Virus record (IMG/VR): IMGVR_UViG_3300028602_000006
DNA: 64,000 nucleotides
From: a virus
Taxonomy: Duplodnaviria > Heunggongvirae > Uroviricota > Caudoviricetes
Strand: one strand, 5' to 3'
A model generated the notes under the pieces. The model saw only the letters and a program-made list of their open reading frames with translations. It was not told the DNA's origin and searched no databases. The first letter of the stretch is position 1; every line of letters starts with the position of its first letter. The position numbers were made by a program, and so were the translations under genes. Positions 18,741 to 28,456 of this stretch are shown in pieces.

Positions 18741-19357
18741 ACGACGCCATTACATTCTTAAATGATTATTGCGCCTTTGATGATCCTAATTGTGTTTGGA
18801 TTATGAAGGGGATTTCTCGTACTAAGGATAATGAGAATAGTCCCGATATGCATCAGTTTCTTCGTCGTATGGTTTTAACTTCCCCCGAAGACATTCAGAA
18901 ATGCTATGATGAGATTCATTTGGTTGCGAATGATCCCAAAACTACCTACAGAATATATATCTCTTTGAATTCAAGAGACGCCGTTGATGCCGCATTCCAG
19001 TTTCAGAAAAAGCTTGTTGATATAACTCAAGGGCTTGCAAAGAGACATGATGATGCGCTTGCTTTGTCTAAGAAAATTGGTAGCCTATGGAAGACAGAGC
19101 TTGAACAGAAACATGCAAGAGGAACTAAGCGTCTTCTATTGGATATTGATGTTATTGATGAAATGATTGCCAAGGATCTCTTACGTTATTTGCAGGATAA
19201 AGCTAAAGCAACAATTAGAGCATTTCGAAAGACTCCTAATGGTTTTGCAATTGTTTTTGATGCTTGCGATACAAGAGGCTTAATCAAGTATTATGAAGAG
19301 CGTCATATTGATTGCTCCTTACAGAGAGATTCAATGCTCTTCGTTGAACAGTTCTAA
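18737..19357 (+). CDS. hypothetical phage protein
   Basis: 206 aa; RIYISLNSR, LLLDID, KTPNG. Confidence 0.75.
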   Translation: MNDAITFLNDYCAFDDPNCVWIMKGISRTKDNENSPDMHQFLRRMVLTSPEDIQKCYDEIHLVANDPKTTYRIYISLNSRDAVDAAFQFQKKLVDITQGLAKRHDDALALSKKIGSLWKTELEQKHARGTKRLLLDIDVIDEMIAKDLLRYLQDKAKATIRAFRKTPNGFAIVFDACDTRGLIKYYEERHIDCSLQRDSMLFVEQF

Positions 19358-19576
19358 AAAGATTCATATCTCAATTAAATCCCCGAGATCCCCACGCCAG
19401 ACTTTTAAATAGTAAAATTTACTATTTGTCAAGCCTAAAATTGAATTATTTTTCTGGCGTGGATTACAGAAGTAGTGAAAAAAGTTTCATTTTATTCTTG
19501 CAATTCTAATCGGGATTTGATAGATTGACGACATGATTAAGGAATCTATTGGTTGCGAAACTGAAAGGAAATAAAA

Positions 19577-19963
19577 ATGAAGAAGAAGTTTTCTGGAGCG
19601 ATTGATCTTTTGAAGAGTATTTTCAATGAATTGGATGGAGTTTTTGCTAATAAAAGCGTTACTCGGAATTTAGACAAGAATCGGAACATAATTATTTCAT
19701 TGGAATATGGCAAGACATTTGAGTATTGGGATAGGCTATTGGTCAAGATAGTCAATAAATTGAGCGGGGAAGTGGTGCATCAGGATTTTCTGTTTGTAGA
19801 TTATCTTGAAATGGAAGAGAAACATCCCAATATTGATAAGCTTACCCATTTATATTCTCCTATGGGGGAAAAATGTATAGAATGGTATGGGAATGCTCCG
19901 TCTGATGAATCTGTCAATCATCTCATTAGCGAAATCAATAAATGGATTTCTCTTTGGGAATAG
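19577..19963 (+). CDS. hypothetical protein
   Basis: ORF with RBS; TAG stop. Confidence 0.7.
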   Translation: MKKKFSGAIDLLKSIFNELDGVFANKSVTRNLDKNRNIIISLEYGKTFEYWDRLLVKIVNKLSGEVVHQDFLFVDYLEMEEKHPNIDKLTHLYSPMGEKCIEWYGNAPSDESVNHLISEINKWISLWE

Positions 19964-20016
19964 TATTGACATCTTATATGATTTGTGTTATAGTCTGCCA
20001 AAACTAGGAGAATATC

Positions 20017-20202
20017 ATGGGATGGAAAAAAATCAGCGACAAAAATGTTCGACACGTTTGGGCTTCGAAATGTGATGAAGACTGCGAAAGTCATGGGGAA
20101 GAAGTTGAGATTTCTCCTGATTATTATGAAGAAAATGGAGAGCCTTCTTGCGGGACTTGCGGATCAGTTTTTGAATATAAGAGAACGGAGATACGTTCCT
20201 GA
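20017..20202 (+). CDS. small Zn-ribbon protein
   Basis: Promoter, GGAG; C...C ... CGTCG. Confidence 0.65.
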   Translation: MGWKKISDKNVRHVWASKCDEDCESHGEEVEISPDYYEENGEPSCGTCGSVFEYKRTEIRS

Positions 20203-20203
20203 T

Positions 20204-20623
20204 ATGCAGACTCAACAGATGGAAAGAATAGGCATCTACTCTCTTGAAGATGTTCTCCCTTATATCGTAGCATCAAAACGAGATGTAAATAGTAAGAGGG
20301 TTTATGATGGGAATCTTGTCAATGTTCATTCTCTACGCTTGCAGTTATTCAAATCCAAGGGCGTTGAGTGTATTATTTGCGGAATTAAAGGGTCATTCTT
20401 TTCTTTAGAGCGTCCTTTACATTGCAAGCAGTTACCAAAAGTATATCATTTCAATTTGTATGCTTTGGAAGACGGAGGTAGTATTCATAACCCGTTGACA
20501 TGGAGACTGATAACGCAAGATCATATTATCCCGAAATCTAAAGGGGGAAAAGATAATTTGAGTAATCTTCAAGTAATGTGTACTGTTTGTAATTGCGAAA
20601 AAGATAATAAAATAATTACTTGA
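20204..20623 (+). CDS. HNH endonuclease
   Basis: CIICG...TQDHIIPKSKGGKDNLSNLQVMCTVCN; ATG 20204 after GGAG. Confidence 0.85.
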   Translation: MQTQQMERIGIYSLEDVLPYIVASKRDVNSKRVYDGNLVNVHSLRLQLFKSKGVECIICGIKGSFFSLERPLHCKQLPKVYHFNLYALEDGGSIHNPLTWRLITQDHIIPKSKGGKDNLSNLQVMCTVCNCEKDNKIIT

Positions 20624-20675
20624 CTTTGCCAAAAAACTGTGCTAAACTATGTCTTATAAAAATGGGAGATAGGTT

Positions 20676-21974
20676 ATGGCAACTTTAATCAAAGAAGCGA
20701 AATACATTCTCAGTAATATTGGGAATAACAATAACAAATTTTGGTACATTGAATTGTACGATGATGGTTCTACAATTACTCGCAATGGTCGGGTTGGAGC
20801 AAGCGGTCAGATTCATAATAAATCTCATGGATCTCGGTATTCTGCTGAAAGTTTCTTTGATTCAAAATGCGCCGAAAAAGAGGGCAAGGGGTATCGTCCT
20901 CTCAATGTCATTGGCGTACAGGGTGATAGTCGTATGGTTCGTCCTATCAGTAATCTTAATGAGATTGCTCGTAAACAGATCAAAACAAATAATACGCTTG
21001 TCGGGCAATTGATTAATTATTTTACTCAAGTCAATGCTCATAACATTTGCTCTGCTACAGGCGGTCAGATTGTTTTCAATAATACTACAGGATTATTTTC
21101 TACTCCTTTAGGGATCGTTACTCAAGCAAACATAAATGAGGCTAATTGTCTCTTGGCTAAAATCGGGGATAAAGTTTCTACTTCTAGTTATGATTATGAA
21201 TTGGAACGGTTCACGAATGAATACATGATGTTTGTTCCGCAGAATGTTGGGATGCGTAGGGTCGAAGTCCGTTCATTTTGGAATAACTTGATGGCTGTTC
21301 AGCGTCAGAAACAGATTGTAGATTCATTGGAAGCGTCTTTGATTCAGGCCTCGCAAGGGAAATTAGTCAAGGATGATAATGGAGAAGTTCCTGAAGTTTT
21401 TGATGTTCAACTTGATCTTGTTACGGAAGATGCTACGATTGAAAAGGTCAAAAAATTATATGAGGGTTCCAAGAATGATATACATTGTTGCTCTCATCTT
21501 AAGTTGAAGAAAGTCTATTCTGTTCAAATTGCTGTAGCGCATAAAGAATTTTCTAACAAGGGGATGCCCATTGGTAATGTAAAGAGTCTTTGGCATGGTA
21601 CAAGGGCAAGTAATGTTTTGTCTATTCTCAAGCAAGGGTTAGTAATCCCCCCTTCATCTTCTTCGCATTGCACAGGCCGTATGTTCGGGAATGGAGTATA
21701 TTTTTCAGATCAATCTACAAAGGCTTTGAATTATTCTTACGGATATTGGGGAGGCAAGTCAACAGACAATAATTGTTTTATGTTTCTTTGCCAAGTCGCT
21801 TTGGGAAAGCCTTATACTCCTTCGGGCGGTTATATGAGCAGTTCTTTCAAGCCCCCGAAAGGTTATGATTCAACTTTTGCGAAAGCAGGGAAAAGCGGAG
21901 TTAAGAATAATGAAATGATTGTCTATGAAACGTATCAGGCAAATCTTCAATATTTAGTTGAATTTTCGTCTTGA
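20676..21974 (+). CDS. WGR-domain poly(ADP-ribose) polymerase-like protein
   Basis: NNNKFWYIEL..RNGRVG (WGR); LWHGT, GRMFGNGVYFSD..KALNYS, NNEMIVY (H-Y-E triad). Confidence 0.85.
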   Translation: MATLIKEAKYILSNIGNNNNKFWYIELYDDGSTITRNGRVGASGQIHNKSHGSRYSAESFFDSKCAEKEGKGYRPLNVIGVQGDSRMVRPISNLNEIARKQIKTNNTLVGQLINYFTQVNAHNICSATGGQIVFNNTTGLFSTPLGIVTQANINEANCLLAKIGDKVSTSSYDYELERFTNEYMMFVPQNVGMRRVEVRSFWNNLMAVQRQKQIVDSLEASLIQASQGKLVKDDNGEVPEVFDVQLDLVTEDATIEKVKKLYEGSKNDIHCCSHLKLKKVYSVQIAVAHKEFSNKGMPIGNVKSLWHGTRASNVLSILKQGLVIPPSSSSHCTGRMFGNGVYFSDQSTKALNYSYGYWGGKSTDNNCFMFLCQVALGKPYTPSGGYMSSSFKPPKGYDSTFAKAGKSGVKNNEMIVYETYQANLQYLVEFSS

Positions 21975-22062
21975 AAATAGGTATAATATTTTTTTATTTT
22001 ATGCTTGCAATTTTTAAGAGGCTGTGTTAGACTATGGTTACAAAATCGGAAAAGGAATAAAT

Positions 22063-22299
22063 ATGAACAATGGATTCGTACAGTTTAAGAATAATGACGG
22101 GGAAACGATTACCACTAATGGTGCGTTATCTTTCGTTCAGTCGGGGGATAGGAACCTTGCTTTCTATGGTTCTAAAGGTCGCTCTGTAATCAGCGATGAA
22201 GAGTTCGAGCGGATTCATAATGAAATTGGTCTTCCTGTTCCTGTTGCAAATCAAAAGAAGAATGACAGCGAAGATGAAGAGTTTGTTCTCCCCTCTTAA
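22063..22299 (+). CDS. hypothetical protein
   Basis: Promoter and AGGA RBS. Confidence 0.65.
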   Translation: MNNGFVQFKNNDGETITTNGALSFVQSGDRNLAFYGSKGRSVISDEEFERIHNEIGLPVPVANQKKNDSEDEEFVLPS

Positions 22300-22314
22300 A
22301 TAAAGGATTCTAAC

Positions 22315-22488
22315 GTGGCTACTGATTGGGAAAAATGGGAAGAGATGGAAGAAGATTTTATTCCTCGGAGTCGCAGGGATCGTTTGCAGGATAAAATGTC
22401 TGACAAGAAGAGGCAGAAATCTAAAGGTAATTATTCAAAACCAAAGGGATTCAAACATCGGAAGGATCGTCGAGATGAAAGAATATGA
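22315..22488 (+). CDS. small charged protein (57 aa, not in track)
   Basis: GTG start after AAGGA; MATDWEKW... Confidence 0.5.
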   Translation: MATDWEKWEEMEEDFIPRSRRDRLQDKMSDKKRQKSKGNYSKPKGFKHRKDRRDERI

Positions 22489-22843
22489 TGTGACGATTGA
22501 AGCGAAAGTCAGGAAGAATATTCGAGTTGAGGGCGAAACGGAACAGGAAGCAATCAAACTGGCACATGAATTGTTTACCGTTGCAAATACTGATGAAGCC
22601 GAAGATTATGAGCAGAATGATATTGGTTGGGAATTAATTGGGGAAGTTAAAGAAGAGATTCCAGAGATCAATTATTCCGTCAAACAAACTCCCTTTGATA
22701 AATCTCTGTATGAAATTTGTATCAATGGAGAACACGCAGGGTATTATACTTTGCTGAGTAATGAAATCGTTCTGACTATTAGCAAAACACCCGTGTCTGT
22801 TCTTAACGGGATCGCCGCTGAAATACAGAAAATAACTGCTTGA
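22475..22843 (+). CDS. hypothetical protein, DpnD/PcfM-like N-terminus
   Basis: YDVTIEAKVRKNIRVEGETEQEA. Confidence 0.65.
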   Translation: MKEYDVTIEAKVRKNIRVEGETEQEAIKLAHELFTVANTDEAEDYEQNDIGWELIGEVKEEIPEINYSVKQTPFDKSLYEICINGEHAGYYTLLSNEIVLTISKTPVSVLNGIAAEIQKITA

Positions 22844-22880
22844 CATTCCGAAAGTTATTTGATATAGTGTCAACAATAAT

Positions 22881-23010
22881 TAGAGAGGGAGCATTATAAA
22901 TTTAAGGTTGAGTTAATATAATTTCTTAAAAACTCTTGTTGGATTCTTCCATCCCATGAATTATAATGTTGTTAGTTAATATAATTTCTTAAAAGCTACA
23001 TCCCTCTCTA
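22881..23010 (+). ncRNA. candidate small RNA with two identical 21-nt boxes
   Basis: Closing stem TAGAGAGGGA/TCCCTCTCTA; AGTTAATATAATTTCTTAAAA at 22911 and 22974; promoter near 22840. Confidence 0.5.
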
Positions 23011-23028
23011 TTAAAATTGAAAGTTACC

Positions 23029-23487
23029 ATGAAAAAAGAATTGGCAGTTAAAAAAGAATTCCCGTACAATGTCATTCATTCTTGGAGGGATGGAAATCCA
23101 TTTACAATCGCCTTTGTTTATCCTAAAAAGGGAGAGCCATTTATTGTTAAAGGCGGGGCAAATGATGTGAATCCCTTTCTGGGAACTCTTAAAACTCCCT
23201 GTATTGCTCATATAGGGTATTGGAAGGGTAATAAATGCCGTTACAATGGTATTAAATTTTTTGGGTTTAACTCTCGTTATAAAATCTATTGTCAGTCTCG
23301 ATGGCCAAAGGAAAATAGAAAGACTTACGATGACATTGGTAATCCTATTATTACTAAAAGCGTTAGAAATGTATTTCGCCACAGGTTGATGGTTTTTGAT
23401 GAACGAGCTATAGGTGAAGTTTTCAATAAATCATTTCGCCATGTTCCCCGTAAATGGATAAAAGAATTGGATCAGTTCCTCGCTTGA
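23029..23487 (+). CDS. hypothetical basic protein
   Basis: ORF; ATG 23029. Confidence 0.7.
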   Translation: MKKELAVKKEFPYNVIHSWRDGNPFTIAFVYPKKGEPFIVKGGANDVNPFLGTLKTPCIAHIGYWKGNKCRYNGIKFFGFNSRYKIYCQSRWPKENRKTYDDIGNPIITKSVRNVFRHRLMVFDERAIGEVFNKSFRHVPRKWIKELDQFLA

Positions 23488-23498
23488 AAAGAGTAATT

Positions 23499-23708
23499 AT
23501 GGAAGCAAAGACAAATATAAAAAAGATTTTATTTTTTTTCGGGACGGGTATTGAAAAATGGACAATTTATGTAAATGATAATCGTGTAGGGACTCAAACG
23601 TTTAATAGTCTCTACGACGCTATTGAATACGCAATTGGCAAGGGATTACTTCCGAAAGATTTTGACAGAGAATCATTAAACAAAAATATACCTGCTGAAA
23701 TATCTTGA
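23499..23708 (+). CDS. hypothetical protein
   Basis: ORF; ATG 23499. Confidence 0.6.
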   Translation: MEAKTNIKKILFFFGTGIEKWTIYVNDNRVGTQTFNSLYDAIEYAIGKGLLPKDFDRESLNKNIPAEIS

Positions 23709-23769
23709 CTCCCACCATTGAATGTGTTATGATGCGTACATAATAGTAATAATAAGATAGGAAGATATT

Positions 23770-23973
23770 ATGATAAAGATGATTTCAATCAAGACGGATT
23801 TAACAACAATTGACAAGATACAAAGTAGAATGTCCGTGTTTTCTCAACCAGAAGATCCCGATATCATAATTGATCTTGCCAATGCGGAATGTCTCCGAAA
23901 TATATCGTTCTTGGAAGAAGTTCTTGGGCAAATGATTGATGATGAATATGATTACTTGTTAATTACTATATGA
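23770..23973 (+). CDS. hypothetical protein
   Basis: Promoter and RBS. Confidence 0.65.
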   Translation: MIKMISIKTDLTTIDKIQSRMSVFSQPEDPDIIIDLANAECLRNISFLEEVLGQMIDDEYDYLLITI

Positions 23974-23997
23974 TGCGTACATAATAGGAGAAGTATA

Positions 23998-24234
23998 ATG
24001 TACGAATTAATCAGACGTTTAAATTCAGATAACAAAGACCAATTTGGGGCGATGCTTGTTTATGCTCGCTTCTTCAATTTGCCTTTTGTCGAAGAAGATA
24101 TTCCTGAACTTATGGAATTTTGGGTTAATATAGAAACTCATGTCGTTTCAGTTTCTCTTGTTCTTGATGAAACAAATATCTATGACAAGGAATTAGAAAT
24201 TACTCCCGAATTTGCTATGATTCTTGGGGCATAA
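23998..24234 (+). CDS. hypothetical protein
   Basis: GGAG RBS. Confidence 0.65.
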   Translation: MYELIRRLNSDNKDQFGAMLVYARFFNLPFVEEDIPELMEFWVNIETHVVSVSLVLDETNIYDKELEITPEFAMILGA

Positions 24235-24310
24235 AAAAGTAAAAATTACTATTGACAATCCTGTGAATTTGTGATAGGATATACGAAACAATAGAGAAAG
24301 GACTAAGATT

Positions 24311-24703
24311 ATGCCCAAAGCAGTATATCGTTTGAGAGATGATGGAGACTATGATTTCTGCGCCCTGTTCAGCGATGAAGAAATTGAAAAGGGGCAGACA
24401 AATCGTGGAGACGTTGCGGATGAGTATGCCTATCGTTGTACTATGACGACAGATGATGCGTATATAACAAAGACCTTTGAAGATATTTCCCATGTGACAG
24501 ATGTATTAATAGGAGATAGCAATATAGCCGACAAGAAAATCAAAATGATTTGTTCCAAATGTGGTTCCGCAGATGTTCGTAAAGATGCTGATGCTATTTG
24601 GAATATTGAAAAGCAGGAATGGGAACTTGTCGTAGTCTATGACAACTCCACTTGCGAAGATTGCGGTGGAGAATGTAGTCTTTTTGAAGAAGAAATAATT
24701 TAA
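24311..24703 (+). CDS. hypothetical protein with C-terminal Zn ribbon
   Basis: CSKCGS...CEDCG. Confidence 0.7.
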   Translation: MPKAVYRLRDDGDYDFCALFSDEEIEKGQTNRGDVADEYAYRCTMTTDDAYITKTFEDISHVTDVLIGDSNIADKKIKMICSKCGSADVRKDADAIWNIEKQEWELVVVYDNSTCEDCGGECSLFEEEII

Positions 24704-24785
24704 GAAAAGGCTTGATTTAATTTGAGCAATGTGTTAATCTAGTCTTTTAAATGGGAATGGAATAATTAAATAACGGAGAAAAATA

Positions 24786-25196
24786 ATGAACGAAATCATT
24801 CATGAGTATATTCGGGAGCGGGTAACGGGCAAGGGAAAACAGAAAGTCGGAATCATTGCGGGAACGGTGGTCAATGGCAAGATTATAGTAGGATGGTCAA
24901 AAACAAATCTCAAGGCGGGAGATGTTTTTGACAAGAATGAGGGCATTCAGCTTGCTCTTGATCGGGCAATTGGAACAATTCCTTCCCCTGAACTTCCCCT
25001 TCAAATGGTTGACCAGATGCGGGATTTTCAGATTCGTTGTCTGAGGTATTTTCAACAGGGTTCATTTCTTCCTGCAACTGCCCCCTCACGGACTTCAAAT
25101 GAAGATCAGATAGAAAGTATTTGTAAGCTCATCAATAAGGTAGGCGAAGAACTTTTTGGCGGGTCATTGATCGCAGGCATCGGGTTTGTTCCATAA
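24786..25196 (+). CDS. hypothetical protein (paralog of 32028..32450)
   Basis: EYI..R...G(I/V)I.G..V.G....GWS..NLK. Confidence 0.75.
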   Translation: MNEIIHEYIRERVTGKGKQKVGIIAGTVVNGKIIVGWSKTNLKAGDVFDKNEGIQLALDRAIGTIPSPELPLQMVDQMRDFQIRCLRYFQQGSFLPATAPSRTSNEDQIESICKLINKVGEELFGGSLIAGIGFVP

Positions 25197-25224
25197 CGCT
25201 ATTCTCCTGTAGCGTTGTTCCCTC

Positions 25225-25262
25225 AGGGGTGGTTTCTATTGTTCGGGAACCACCCCTTCTCT
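25225..25262 (+). terminator. probable terminator hairpin
   Basis: AGGGGTGGTTTC / GGAACCACCCCT. Confidence 0.6.
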
Positions 25263-25440
25263 TGTATAATAGTCTTAGATTCTGGCGTGAGTTCGATCTA
25301 TAAAAAGGTTATTTTTTACTTGCAATTGAAGTAAAAATATGTTATTCTACTCTAAACAATCATGAAAGGAGAGAAAATGTACTATTTTTCTGGCGATTTC
25401 TTCTAGATTAGCATGAAGCTAGTCATAAGGAGAAATAAAA

Positions 25441-25767
25441 ATGTCACGTACATATCGTAAGAACCCTCGTTGTTATCGCAAGCATCAGGGGGTTATCTAT
25501 AATACCTATGACGACATAACCATTAAGGGGAAGGCTAAAAATTTTGAAAGAATTTCTAGCTATGACACTTATACTTCGCCTATTTGGAGTAGTGGTCGTT
25601 ATCGTTGCGAAGTTCTTGTTTCCGATTCAGAGAATTGCATAATGAGTCCGCCGAGTGGATGGAAGGAAATGTGCAATCGTATTGATCGTAAACGCTACAA
25701 GGTCGCATTGAGAGAAAATGAAGATGCTTATATCAAGTCCTCTTATAACCCTTGGGATTGGGATTGA
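25441..25767 (+). CDS. basic hypothetical protein (MSRTYR start)
   Basis: GGAG RBS. Confidence 0.7.
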   Translation: MSRTYRKNPRCYRKHQGVIYNTYDDITIKGKAKNFERISSYDTYTSPIWSSGRYRCEVLVSDSENCIMSPPSGWKEMCNRIDRKRYKVALRENEDAYIKSSYNPWDWD

Positions 25768-25844
25768 AATTAATATTTTCAAAAACATCTTGACTTCCAT
25801 ATCCTCATGTGATATATTACTCATAATGAAATGGAGGAATATTA

Positions 25845-26030
25845 ATGTCGAGAATAGATGTTTTACCCTCTGATAAAAAGGGTAAGTTTAGAGTGCTTGT
25901 AGATTTTATCCAAAGAGGCGTCGCCTACTCATCTCCAATATCTGCCAACAGAGAAGCAGAAACTTTATCAAAAAAAATGCCAAGAGCAGAATTGCATCTC
26001 GCTGAAATTGTAACAGAAATAGTTAAGTGA
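25845..26030 (+). CDS. hypothetical protein
   Basis: Promoter and GGAGG RBS. Confidence 0.7.
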   Translation: MSRIDVLPSDKKGKFRVLVDFIQRGVAYSSPISANREAETLSKKMPRAELHLAEIVTEIVK

Positions 26031-26096
26031 TACTTGGGAAGTGCTTGACATTTCTACTGCGTTATGATATTATCTTAATACAAAATAGGAGAAAAT

Positions 26097-26291
26097 ATGA
26101 AATTCAATATTCAAGTTGAAAAAAGAATGTATGCTCTCGGCTCAATAGAAGTTGAAGCGGACAGTCTTGATGAAGCTATTCAGAAAACAGACAATAAGAT
26201 TAACAGGGGAGAACTCCAAACGACAGAAGCATCTTGGGGAGATCCTAAGTATGAAGATTGTTCTTTTCAGACAACAGGAGATGAAGCGTAA
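26097..26291 (+). CDS. hypothetical protein (paralog of 37790..38041)
   Basis: VEK(R/K)MYA.G.I...A...GE.QT.E..W..P.YE.CSF.TTGD. Confidence 0.75.
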   Translation: MKFNIQVEKRMYALGSIEVEADSLDEAIQKTDNKINRGELQTTEASWGDPKYEDCSFQTTGDEA

Positions 26292-26482
26292 TGGATGCAG
26301 ATTGTAAATGTAAATATTGTGATGACGTTATGGAGAGCTTAGAAGATGGTAATTATGTTTGCGATAATTGCGGAGCAGTCTATAATGAAGAAGCTGACGA
26401 ATGGACAATTCCTGCTAAAAATCTAAAATTCAGCGAAGAAGAAATATTCGCAACAAAACAAGAACTATTGGAGTCATTATGA
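26291..26482 (+). CDS. small Zn-ribbon protein
   Basis: CKYC...YVCDNCG. Confidence 0.65.
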   Translation: MDADCKCKYCDDVMESLEDGNYVCDNCGAVYNEEADEWTIPAKNLKFSEEEIFATKQELLESL

Positions 26483-26748
26483 GTACAAAATCATTTAACG
26501 GAGAAATTTGTTTCTTTTGTCGTAAACCTATTGAAGGTGAAGGAATTGAATGGCAAGAACAAAATAACTGGCTTGAAAATCCTGATGGAGATAACTTAAT
26601 TACAGTCAATCTTCATGCAGAATGTTCTGTTGATCTTGGCATCCGTCTTATAAGAGATGGTATGAAGCTTATGTCAAAACAAGACGTAGATCTTATCAAT
26701 GATAAAAAAGAAGTTGTAAAATATTGCTTGAACTTGGAGAGAATATAA
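26479..26748 (+). CDS. hypothetical Zn-binding protein
   Basis: CFFC...HAEC. Confidence 0.65.
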   Translation: MSTKSFNGEICFFCRKPIEGEGIEWQEQNNWLENPDGDNLITVNLHAECSVDLGIRLIRDGMKLMSKQDVDLINDKKEVVKYCLNLERI

Positions 26749-26966
26749 TGTCTAAAGATATGATAGATAGACGAGAATTAGATATGCTTAGAGATGAATA
26801 TATAGAACTCTGCATAGAAGAAGCAAGCTGGGAGGGATGTAATAACCCGCTTAACCCGTTTTCTGAGAAGAGACAGAAACGTCTTGATGAAATTACGAAA
26901 CTTGTCGGAGATTCTATTGCCAATGAGTGGAGTAATAAAGTTGAAGAAATAGAAAAATCCGCTTGA
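26748..26966 (+). CDS. hypothetical protein
   Basis: TAATG coupling, GGAG. Confidence 0.65.
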   Translation: MSKDMIDRRELDMLRDEYIELCIEEASWEGCNNPLNPFSEKRQKRLDEITKLVGDSIANEWSNKVEEIEKSA

Positions 26967-27040
26967 CAATTCCCTAAATCTGTGATACTATTGTTTCATA
27001 ATAAAAATTAGAAAGTGCTAACGCTCAGGAGAAGAAGATT

Positions 27041-27802
27041 ATGATTAGCCAACAGATAACAAAAAAACAAGAAGACATTTGCGATAATCTCATTAAGTCA
27101 GGAAAATCCAAGGTTAAAGTGGAATGGGCAGATGGAACTACTGAGAATATCCGTATTTTTAAGGGAAGTGGAAGCTGTCAGATTTGTCGCTTTAGTAGGC
27201 GGTCAAGACGTTTCGGGTATCCCATTAACTTCTCGCAAATAGTAAAAATTACTCCATTGGAATCAAAAAAGACTCCTGAACAGAAATGGGAATTTGCTTG
27301 GAAGAAAGTTTTATCCCGTCTCGAAAAATCGGGTCTTTGGTCAGAAATAGCAGAAGATATAAAGATTGCTTTTGAAATTGGGTATCCCATTCTGCAAGAA
27401 GCTAGGAAAGAATATTGGGCTTCTCATATGTCTGAAGAGGATGCGGAACAATTTCTTCTTAAATACCCGAAGCTCCGAAAAAGCAAAGATGGAAGGTCTT
27501 TTATTAATACGAATATCTTATGGCATATCAGCGAATTGCCAAAAGTAAAGAAGATGTATTTCGAGAGGAAAGAGCGCAATAATATTATTCTTGAACAGAT
27601 TAAGAAACACATGGACAATAAAGAACCTTGCGAAAAATCAGGTCGGGCAAGATATGATGTTTCTTTTGAATATAATCCGAAAATAAATAAGGCTTGGTAT
27701 AGCGAAGAATACCGAGGGTGCGGTATAATGGTCATTATTATCTTGCTCTTGACTCTACGCATGCTATATTTTATGAAGATGATTAAGATAATTTTTAGAT
27801 AG
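27041..27802 (+). CDS. hypothetical phage protein, apparent 2-nt frameshift near C-terminus
   Basis: After EEYRGCG the shifted frame reads NGHYYLALDSTHAIFYEDD* (stop 27786). Confidence 0.7.
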   Translation: MISQQITKKQEDICDNLIKSGKSKVKVEWADGTTENIRIFKGSGSCQICRFSRRSRRFGYPINFSQIVKITPLESKKTPEQKWEFAWKKVLSRLEKSGLWSEIAEDIKIAFEIGYPILQEARKEYWASHMSEEDAEQFLLKYPKLRKSKDGRSFINTNILWHISELPKVKKMYFERKERNNIILEQIKKHMDNKEPCEKSGRARYDVSFEYNPKINKAWYSEEYRGCGIMVIIILLLTLRMLYFMKMIKIIFR

Positions 27803-27822
27803 GTCTGCTTTCATTCCCGTCA

Positions 27823-27923
27823 TGTAGACTATGCGGGCATTATATAAGGGTTTTGATTGTCTGTATTTGACTTATATAATGGTATTTCAAATGTGCTAGT
27901 AATAGAGCTTAAAATAGTCTACA
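27823..27923 (+). ncRNA. candidate three-way-junction/pseudoknot RNA
   Basis: TGTAGACTAT/ATAGTCTACA, CATTATATAAG/CTTATATAATG, possible ATTTGA/TCAAAT. Confidence 0.45.
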
Positions 27924-27934
27924 CTATTACAAAA

Positions 27935-27968
27935 AAATAACGCTTGTAGAAATACAGGCGTTATTTTT
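27935..27968 (+). terminator. intrinsic terminator
   Basis: AATAACGCTTGTA / TACAGGCGTTATT + T-run. Confidence 0.8.
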
Positions 27969-28035
27969 TATTATAAACTCTTGACTTCTTCAATCAACCG
28001 TGATATGCTATTTACATAATCATGGAGAAAGAACA

Positions 28036-28449
28036 ATGAATAAAGAAGCACAGCAAATCATAGACAACCTTTCAGATGAATCCAAGAATCCGTTTGCAGG
28101 GGCAGATATGGTCTTCTGCTATACATGGGAGGATGCAATCAAGGATGGAACGTTTGTCGAAGTAACAGGAATTGCGAAGGAATGTGGCTTCAAGATTCCC
28201 GTTGCAGTTACTCGTTCTGTTTATGATCTTTGCATAGGGTTTGATGGAATACAGACAAATAAAAACATTACTCGTTTGCTTCTCGCTACTCTTAAAGCAA
28301 TCAGGGGTTCTGCTTCCAAAGATGAAAGCCTGTTGACCTATCAACATACTTTCAAAGATGAAGAAATTGAAGTTTGGGCTTCTATTGAGGGAAGGAATAC
28401 AAAAAATCCTGAACCTGTTATGACAATTTTTAAACCGGAAGAATATTAA
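28036..28449 (+). CDS. DUF6573-like protein
   Basis: YTWEDAIKDGTFVEV..AKECGFKIPVAVT. Confidence 0.65.
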   Translation: MNKEAQQIIDNLSDESKNPFAGADMVFCYTWEDAIKDGTFVEVTGIAKECGFKIPVAVTRSVYDLCIGFDGIQTNKNITRLLLATLKAIRGSASKDESLLTYQHTFKDEEIEVWASIEGRNTKNPEPVMTIFKPEEY

Positions 28450-28456
28450 GACAAAT

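Noticed and set aside
18737-19357. AEP primase/polymerase call for the LLLDID...KTPNG protein
   Set aside because: The expected His after TxxG is absent (TPNGFA), so it is left as hypothetical.
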